The translations under genes and the position numbers were made by a program. Below the pieces are notes generated by a model. The model ran no database searches. It worked only from the letters and a program-made list of their open reading frames with translations, and had not been told where the DNA came from. A stretch of DNA of 64,000 nt from Mobula hypostoma (taxonomy: Eukaryota): NCBI RefSeq assembly GCF_963921235.1, contig NC_086097.1, positions 100,194,001-100,258,000 of the forward strand, given 5' to 3'. Position 1 is the stretch's first letter; each line of letters begins with the position of its first letter. Positions 55,602 to 64,000 of the stretch are shown here, in pieces.

Positions 55602-57268
55602 ATAAAGCGATTTTGGGAATACCTGCTAGCACAAACAAACAAACATTTAATTTGGGCAAGATTTAATGAATGGTGCTGACAACAGTGGAAGGCATTTGTA
55701 GCCAGAAAGAGTTGCTGCTGAATTCTAGACCCTTTGTGAAACTGAGCAGAGTCGATGCTTTTAATCGTTCATCAATAAACAAGAGAATCTGTCACTCAGA
55801 AGATGATCAGGATTACTTTTGACTGGGGATTTCTTTATTTTTACATAAGGACATTTGATTGACATTAAATGAGAGAATTGGTGGGGGAACAGAGGGACAT
55901 GACGAGCTGGCTGCCTTTATTGCTGCTCAGTGCAAAGGCCATAAGTTAGCTCCTTCCCTCGTGTGTGGGCAGTTCTCTTAACCCACATTCACCAGTGCAG
56001 ATGATAATGGACCTTCTCGCCAGTGGAAATGTAGCCTTCACTCTACATCTCTGGTACCTGCAGTGCCCAGTTTTTTGTGGTAGTGAAGGTGAAGGAAGCA
56101 GAGTTTAAAAAAAAAATCAATTTTTACTTTGAAGGAAACACAGCCCCTCTTCAGGGGGCAGCCCCTTCTGTTGACTGTTTCATTCGGCTGAATTGCCCTT
56201 GCTTGCCCCTGCTGAAGGAACCACACCATTGAGCCCATATACTGCCTGGAGCAATATAATGTCAGCACCAACTTTTCATCCCGTTAACTTGAAAGGAAGT
56301 CATCAATAACCCTGCAAGGTATGTGACCACAGTTTTGTTTTAACTGGCTTTTAATTGAATATGTGTAGCTTCAATTTGCATGATTAGGACTTATGAATTT
56401 TTCTCCCTTTTGGAGCAATGTTTGAGACCTGAGCTGGTGTTATATTTAATAAAAATGCAGCCAGATTGTTTAAAGATTAATTAATGCATCAGGATCTTGA
56501 CCTGTAAATAGACTTTTTTTGATAGACGTTCAGTCTTCTAAACAAACAGCTCTCCTTTACCGTTCTTCAGCAGAATCTCCCAGATGACAGTGGTTACCAT
56601 GAAAGCCAGTCCTAAGAGGAGAGAAGGAAGGAAAGAGTTGTGACCACGTTAGCACTGGGCTATTAACCTCCCAGCTCCTAACTAATGGAATCAGCCTCGG
56701 GACTCCGCTCAGCACGTGCAATGTGAAGGAGGAATGCACTGCGAATTAGAGTTTCAAACTCAATCAGACCCACTGTGCGGCTGTTTTTTGAGATTTCTGT
56801 GGCATCGGGAGAGGCTAATTATATGGAAATAAGTTATCATAATTTGGCAATATTTGATAATTTAGCATAAACATTTTAATATAGATATTTTATTTTCTTT
56901 GCAAAGCAATGGCATCATATTTAATAATGAGTGTGATGCCTGATGAACTTAAACAAAAATAATTCAACTCTGCTCAGTTCTGTTGTCAAAGCCATTTATT
57001 GAATCTCAGTAGGAGTGCTGCAAGTGGATATGGTAAGTGTCAGGTGTGTCTGTTGCCTGTCTGGAAGTCTAGTCTCATTTTCTATTTATTAATTAGTTCG
57101 ACCGTGATTTTGCTGTAACTCCTCTCCTCACCCCTTTGTGATGAAGTTATGGTATTGTCACCATCAATTGGATGCTGTTGTTTATTGTACAATGTTAAAT
57201 GTAAAAAAAGGTTCTTTATAAAGTGGATTAAATGCTGCTGAGCTTATGAAAATTTTATTTGTTAGAAA

Positions 57269-57274
57269 AATAAA
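57269..57274 (+). terminator. Candidate polyadenylation signal ending the DPF3a 3' UTR (about 55602-57290)
   Basis: AATAAA with upstream TGTA motifs, CA about 15-18 nt downstream, then a GT/T-rich element (ttgtgtcctattgttgtggctttcttttt). No recognisable transposable elements between the stop codon and this site. Confidence 0.55.
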
Positions 57275-57639
57275 TTGCCTAATGGCCTCACATTGTGTCC
57301 TATTGTTGTGGCTTTCTTTTTAATTTTTGATAGTTCACTTATTTAATTTATATTTTCGATTAATGTTGGGTTGGACAGTGTTATAGAACTGCTTGCTTTA
57401 ATTATCTAGCTATAGACTGCTAAAATATTGTAATAGCAAACATACTTTCTACACAGCGGCCCTGTCCAGCAGCGAAAGGGTTAATTATGCAATTAAATAT
57501 AATTTTTGTCTCTCAGTTCAACTCCTTTTGTCTCATTTTCTATCTCATCTTCACATTCTTTCCTTCGCTCTGACTCTGCATCTGCCATAGTTTGATCATG
57601 TTTCTCATGTTGAAGGGGCCATGGGATGGTGGTGGTTGG

Positions 57640-59450
57640 GTGGGTTTCTTTTCCAGCTCCATCAGTTTTCTCAGCCACGCTTTCTCTTCGTTCTTCACCA
57701 TTCCTAATCTCTCTCCATCACCCCCAGTTCTTTCCATTCCACGTTCACACTGTTTCTCCCCAATCCTCTCTCTCCCACTGACATTTTCTCCCTGACCCTC
57801 TCTTCTCCAGCCCTCTCCTTCTGACTCTTTACCCCTAACCTCCCTCCCCTAGCAGTCTGTTCCCCACAGACCCTGTGTCTCCTCCATCCTCCGCTCTCAC
57901 CTGTTCCTCCTTCCACAGCTGCCTGCGTACCTGATCTATTCTTCCCTTTGCCCCCATCCCATTTCTCCCCGCCATTCATTTTTACCCCCCTTACTGCTCC
58001 TCCCTCTACTTGCATCTCCATTGCCCTTCTTTCTGCTCTCTCTCTTCCACATACTTTTTATTTCCCACTCTCTGTCCCCTCTCTACCAAACCACTCTCCC
58101 AGTCTTTCTCTCTTCTTCCCCAGCTTAATTCTCCTTCCACACCTCTCTTTCTCACCCTCTACCTCCTCTCTCCACAGGTTCCCGATCTCTCCCTCTCCAT
58201 CCCCTTCCCCTTTTCACTCCTGTCCTTCTCATCTCCTTCTTCTTCCTCCCCTGCTCCTCTCACTCCACACTCTTTCACCCACTCTTTATCCTCAACCTCC
58301 CCTTCTCTCTCCTTTCATCTCGCACCTTCTCTCTATACTTTCTCTCCTTCTCTATCCCCCCCAAATCTCTATCCTCACTCTACCCCCCAATCTCCAACTC
58401 GTCTCTCCCCTCCTTTCTGTCTCCTACCCAAACCCCTCTCTCCCATTCTCTCACCCCTCATCTCCTTTTTCTCCTCCCCGACATTCCCCTTCCCAATGTC
58501 CCATTCTTTTCCTCACAGTCCCAGCCTCTCTGTTCCCCACCCTCAACCTTTACCCCTCCCATCCTTCTCTTTCCCCTTCTCTCCTTCCCAGCTTTTCCTT
58601 TCCTCATCTCTATCCTCCTCCTCTCTCTAACCTTCCCCATCCCTTCCCTCTTCTCCACTCTCTCTCTCTCCCTTTCTCTTTCCCTGAAACACTCTCACCC
58701 CCTTTCTTTATACTCTCCCTTCTCTCCTTCTTTCTTTATACTCTCCCTTCTCCCCTTCTTTCTTTATACTCTCCCCCCTCTTTCTTTCTTTATACTCTCC
58801 CTTCTCTCCTTCTTGCTTTATACTCTCCCCCTCTTTCTTTCTTTATACTCTCCCTTCTCTGCTTCTTGCTTTATACTCTCCCCCTCTTTCTTTCTTTATA
58901 CTCTCTCTTCTCTCCTTCTTTCTTTATACTTTCTCTTCTCTCCTTCTTTCTTTATACTCTCTGTTCTCTCCTTTCTTTATACTCTCCCCCTCTCCCTCTT
59001 TCATTATACTCTCTTCCTTCTCTCCTTCTTCCTTTATACTCTCTCTTCTCTCCTTCTTTCTTTATACTCTCCCCCCTCCCCTGCTTTCTTTATACTCTCC
59101 CCCCTCCCTCTTTCATTATACTCTCTCCCTTCTCCTTCCTTTATACTCTCCCCATTCACACTCTCGTGCTTTCCCAACTACTCCCTCTGCTCTCTTCCAC
59201 ACTCTCTCACATTCTCATCCCCTCCTCTTCCCTTCTCTCTAATATCTCTTCTCCCCCCTTCTTTCACATCTCTTTCTCTCCCTTCCGTCTCTCTCTCTCC
59301 CTCTCTTCCTCTCTCCTTTTCCCTCTCTCCCATTCTCCCTTCACTCACCCCTCTCTCTCGTCCCCATCTCTCTCTCTCCAACTCCTTTTGTTCCCCCAAT
59401 CTCTCTGTCTGCCCTCCCCTCCCACATTTCTCCTCCCCCTTGTCTCTGCG
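57640..59450. repeat. About 1.8-kb polypyrimidine low-complexity tract with internal tandem units (ttctttatactctc..., about 58700-59150)
   Basis: Dominated by C and T and almost free of G on the + strand. Confidence 0.92.
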
Positions 59451-59498
59451 ACTCAGGAAATGGTGTGTAAACGTCTCCTGTTTGTTGCATCCCTTCAG

Positions 59499-59611
59499 GT
59501 CACCCCACCTGTTTGCAGTTCACAGTAAATATGACTGCAGCTGTGAAAACCTATCACTGGCAATGTATTGAGTGCAAATCCTGTAGCCTGTGCGGAACAT
59601 CTGAGAATGAC
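59499..59611 (+). CDS. DPF3: DPF3b-specific exon (end of PHD1, start of PHD2), 113 nt
   Basis: Bounded by cccttcag| and |gtaagt. Translates (G)[37 protein letters not shown]. Confidence 0.97.
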
Positions 59612-59927
59612 GTAAGTTTTTTTAACCTGTCCATCATCTATGACACTTTTTAATAAAACCCATTTTTAGTTGAATCCATTTCTGGTGTGGTTGTGCCTGT
59701 GAGTTTAACTATCAATGAGACGGTTTCCCCGATCCAGGCTGTGTTTGCTCAGCAGTCGTCAGGATGCTGTAACTGATCGCCATACCTAAGGTTAAGGAAG
59801 TGAGCGGACTGGAAGGACAGTTGTTCTTCCTGCCTTGAGTCACAATTACATCAATTTAAAACATTTGGGAAGACTTTCAGTACACTGGATGAACTCAGCA
59901 GGTCAGGCAGCATCAGTTAGAAATGAT

Positions 59928-59965
59928 GAGTCGACGTTTCGGGCCGGAACCCTTCGTCAGGACTG
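59928..59965 (-). ncRNA. Minimal type I hammerhead ribozyme (Penelope type), antisense to DPF3
   Basis: Reverse complement reads cagtc-CTGACGA-agggttccggccc-GAAAC-GTC^gactc. Confidence 0.8.
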
Positions 59966-61253
59966 AAGAATGAAAGATGGGGAAGGATTTGAAGAATGCT
60001 TGTAGCTTCAGTTGATAGACCAGTAATTTGAAAGACAAAGGAGTGGGGAAGGGGAAGCATTGACATCATAGCCCTGAAAACAATGGGTGGTAGAAGAAGG
60101 AGGCGGAACCATGAGGGAGCTGGGGGAGGGGCAGAGTGAAATAGGGATAGGGGAAGGGAGGGGGAGGGAATTACCGGAAGTTGGAGAATTCTATGTTCAT
60201 ACCAAGGGGCTGGAGACTACCTGGACGGTATATGAGGTGTTGCTCCTCCAGCCTGAGTTTAGCCTCATCATGGCAGTAGAGGAGGCCATGTACGGACATA
60301 TCTGAATGGAAATAGGAAGCAGAGTTGAAGTGGGTGGCTACCGGGAGATCTTGTCTGTTGTAGCAGACGGAGTGGAGGAGTTCGATGAAGTGGTCCCCCA
60401 GTCTGCGTCGGGTTTTACCAATGCAGAGGAGGCCACACCGGGAGCACCTGATGCCACAAGTGACCCCAACAGACTCACAAGTGAAGTGTTGCCTCACCTG
60501 GAAGGACTGTTTGGGGCCCTGAATGGTGGCAAGAGAGGAGGTGTAGGGACAGGTGTAGCACTTACGCTTACAGGGATAAGTGCCAGGTGGGAGATCCGTG
60601 GGGATGGACGTGTGGATAAGGGAGTGGCGGAGGGACCGATCCCTGCAGAAAGCGGAGAGGGAAAGATGTGCTTAGTGGTGGGGTCCTGTTGAAGGTGGTA
60701 GAAGTTGCGGAGGATAATGTGCTGGATCCAGAGGCTGGTGGGGTGGTAGGTGAGGACAAGGGGAACTCTGTCCCTGTTGTGTTTGCAAGAGGATGAAAAG
60801 GTGAGACCCGACGCAGATTGGGGGACCGCTTCGTCGAGCACCTCCACTCCATCTGCCACAACAGACAGGATCTCCCGGTAGCCACCCACTTCAACTCTGC
60901 TTCCCATTCCCATTCAAATATGTCCATACATGGCCTCCTCTACTGCCATGATGAGGTTAAACTCAGGTTAGAGGAGCAACCCCTCATATACCGTCTAGGT
61001 AGTCTCCAGCCCCTTGGTATGAACATAGAATTCTCCAACTTCCGGTAATTCCCTCCCCCTCCCTTCCCCTATCCCTATTTCACTCTGCCCCTTCCCCAGC
61101 TCCCTCATGGTTCCGCCTCCTTCTTCTACTACCCATTGTTTTCAGGGCTATGACGTCAATGCTTCCCCTCCCCCACCCCTTTGTCTTTCAAATTACTGGT
61201 CTATCAACTGATGCTACAAGCATTCTTCAAATCCTTCCCCATCTTTCATTCTT

Positions 61254-61291
61254 CAGTCCTGACGAAGGGTTCCGGCCTGAAACGTCGACTC
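61254..61291 (+). ncRNA. Minimal type I hammerhead ribozyme (Penelope type), sense to DPF3
   Basis: agtc-CTGACGA-agggttccggcct-GAAAC-GTC^gact. Stem I is agtc/gact, the core is intact, stem III is the palindrome acgt, and cleavage is predicted after C61286. Confidence 0.8.
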
Positions 61292-62273
61292 ATCGTTTCT
61301 AACTGATCCTGCCTGACCTGCTGAGTTCATCCAGTGCACTGAAAGAGTTGCTTTAATCACAGCATCTGCAGATTATTTTGTGAAAACATTTGGAGAAGCT
61401 AAAGCCTGCATTCAGGTTCAAATCTTCATGCAGGTTTTTGTTTTCCACCAGGTGACCCAAAAGTTCCACCTCCTCTTCAACCGTTACCGAGCCCTGGGCG
61501 TGAGTGAGCACAGTGCCTCTGGTCTCTGAGTGAGGGGCTGAGCTTTCTTGTAAACTGACAGCATTTTGCGGTCAGCAGTGTAACATCCTGCCTCAATATA
61601 TCTGCTGCCTTGCCTTTCTTCCTAAAGTGAAGCGTGTCTGGTTGGCAGCCAGCATGGGCTTTGAAGTAATTAATCTTCTGTGCATGATCACAGTCGCGTC
61701 ATCCTGCCCTTAACCCCCATGTGGTTTGAAGATGAGTGAAGTCTCACCAGAAAGATCAGCACCTTGCTGCAAAGTTAACAGTACCCAGCCCTTTCTAACT
61801 GCCCCAAGCAGCAGTGAACCATGAGGAAGCAATCCACAGCTCTTCAGGGGGTTGGTGAGGCCAGTTGAAAATACATATTCGATGTCAATACCTCACAGTC
61901 TGCATTATTCTTGCAATGTAAGCCTTAATGACAATGAGAAGCAGGGTTACCGTGCTGGTTGTTTTCGATCTGGCACGAGTCTGTGTTAAATCTGCCAAAT
62001 GCTTCCCTTGCAGTGAGAGCTCACAAAAATCTTTAACAATGTTGAGATGTGCAAGCTGACAATCTAAACCTTAAATCTAATGTTTTCCAGATTTTTGTTG
62101 GAGCATTGTTCAGTCAGTCTTTGACAATTATTAAAACTAAACTTCGTTCAATAGTGAGAGCATGACTTGTATCAAAATGTGTTCATTTTTTTGGTGGCAT
62201 GGCGAAGGAGCAGGTAAGCTTGGGCTGAAAAGTGAACTGCTTATTCTCCCCCATTGACACTACCTTTCCCCAA

Positions 62274-62516
62274 ACAAGAAAAAATCTGCAGATGCTGGAA
62301 ATCAGAGCAACACACACAAAATGCTGGAGGAGCTCAGTAGGTCAGGCAGCATCTACGCAAAAGAGTATTGTAGACGTTTCAGGGCAAAACCTGCCAAAGG
62401 GTTTCAGCCCGAAACATCAACTGTACTCCTTTCTGTAGATGCTGCCTGGCCTGCTGAGTTTATCCAGCACTTAGTGTGTATTGCTCTGGATTTCCAGCAT
62501 CTGCAGAATTTCTTGT
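62274..62516. mobile_element. Palindromic mini-element made of two inverted Penelope-like termini
   Basis: acaagaa..tctgcagatgctggaaatc ... gatttccagcatctgcaga..ttcttgt, with hammerhead remnants (gggtttcagcccgaaacatcaactg) at the centre. Confidence 0.75.
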
Positions 62517-64000
62517 GTTTATGGTGTGCAATAGGTTTTCCCAGAACGATGAGTGATTGGATTTTAGTTTTCTTTTGCACTTTCTGACCACCGATCAACC
62601 AAGCACGAAAATCAAGGCTGGAAATTTGGAATGAAAGGTGAAAAGGAAGGAAATATTCAGTGGGTGGGGTAGGATCTGTGGAGGTGGAAATGGGAGATGT
62701 CATTGGAAGCTGAATATCCTTGGTCAGAATTGGGATGAACACCATTGGTGACAGGCTTCAGGGAGGCTGAGGGTGGGGTGCAAAGTGAGGAAAGGAAAAT
62801 TTACCTCAAAAAAATGGGTGGAACCAGGGTGGCCATGGGAATAAGCTGTAAATGAGGTCAACTATTAATGGGCTAGTGGGGGCATTTGGAAGAAGGGGAC
62901 TCTCAGCAGATGAGGGAGCTTCTGTTTTATTTGAAACATCTAAGCTCTCTCATCCAAAGTATCATGATAATCAAAATATGCTGAGAGACTTTGTGGTGAG
63001 CAGGCTCGAAGGGCCAAATGGCCCTCTCCTGCTCCTGTTTCTGAAATGACATTGACAAATGGCATTGAGAGGGTCTCTGTATGAGCCGTTCTTCTGCCCA
63101 TCCCTTTAGCTGAACTGACAGTGCTGGGTGCCAGCTGTTTGTTGCATCGTGTGACTACTGATCTGCTCCTTTTGGCTGGGATCTTGCTTGGTTTCTGGTC
63201 AGTTGCCTGGAGCTGAAAGGAATGGGAAACTCTTGGTTCAAGCCAACCTCTCACACAAATGGACTCCTCCTGTATAACCTGTCACCAACTTAAGTTGCCA
63301 ACACGTGGTGTTAAATGCAGTGCTTTTGCAAATCAAGTAATCTTGATCAGAATAGGGTCACCTTCTATTTCCTATTTAGAGTATTGCAGAGGAATGCTGA
63401 TGTAGGTACATTTAAGATTGTAAAGGGCCACATCAGGGTAGATGTTGAAGTGACCACGAGTGGGAGGGTCTCAAATGAACGGGCATTGTTTCAGCATTAG
63501 AGCTTGGTTATTTAGAACAAGATCTTTCTCACCTAGTTTCTGAAGTTCTCAATCCTGAGATTCATGAGGCTGGCCTTCGAGGTATTTAAAATGAAGGTAG
63601 AAACTTTTTTGAAAGTTTGGGGAATTGAAGGCTGTAGGATCTTAGTAACAGTAAAGACTATCCTTTCTGACCACATTGAAAAGCAGGCAGAGCAGGTTTG
63701 AAAGACCAGTAGCTGACTACTGTGATTTTGCTCTCTTGTCTTGTTCTTGAAGCTCTGTTTCCATTTGTTCTGTGCAGAGAGGGAAGAAGAAAAGAAATAT
63801 CAGCAAAAAAAAACCAACAATATTTTAAGGGCTACAATAAAACCAGAAAAGGTCGAAACAAGTAACAGGTCGGGCAGCATCTACGGACATGGAAAGAGTT
63901 GTAGGACCCTCTCATTTAACTTTTTTTTTCATTCCTTCAAGCAAAGTAATCTCGGGATTGCTACCTGTATAATGTGCTAGCGAGGGCAAGAATAGTAGGA

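Larger units (their letters stand above)
59873..61382. mobile_element. Penelope-like element remnant with inverted pLTR arrangement and a GIY-YIG endonuclease fragment
   Basis: Arms at about 59874-60419 and 60800-61345 are reverse complements. Peptide FTCESVGVTCGIRCSRCGLLCIGKTRRRLGDHF...PVATHFN...EQHLIY...QPLGMN. Flanking repeat aaaacatttgggaag / aaaacatttggagaag. Confidence 0.9.

Noticed and set aside
57948..59571. 526-, 206- and 252-aa Pro/Ser/Leu/Phe-rich ORFs
   Set aside because: By-products of a pyrimidine tract in which stop codons are rare; no domain features.
59612..64000. Remaining PHD2 exons (DQLLFCDDCDRGYH...)
   Set aside because: Not found by reading; presumably downstream of the window.

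Overview
Eukaryotic vertebrate DNA. The repeat set (CR1 LINEs with microsatellite tails, V-SINEs, Rex1/Babar-like, Penelope-like, Tc1, Tigger) suggests a cartilaginous fish, probably a ray or shark (inference). The whole window lies inside one + strand gene, DPF3 (d4 family, BAF45c). I traced eight coding exons with GT-AG boundaries and matching phases: 4944-5071, 13007-13099, 29320-29395, a 42-nt cassette microexon at 29550-29591, 29833-29970, 52375-52503, the DPF3a-type terminal exon at 55414-55601, and the DPF3b PHD exon at 59499-59611. The 5' exons and the last DPF3b exons fall outside the window. The introns are dominated by nested transposable elements. Most notable: (1) the microexon splits the C2H2 zinc finger; (2) the DPF3a/b switch is conserved, including the acidic FxGF motif; (3) an inverted Penelope-like element has a target-site duplication and two minimal hammerhead ribozymes with intact cores just downstream of the DPF3b exon; (4) a family of palindromic, hammerhead-derived mini-elements; (5) a 2-kb A/T tract that reads like a G-to-A converted copy of its (GT/GA)n flanks, possibly an artefact; (6) a CR1>Tc1>CR1 nest; (7) a solo LTR with a perfect 5-bp TSD. 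I found no convincing wholly new gene system. Transposable-element coordinates are approximate unless a TIR or TSD is quoted.
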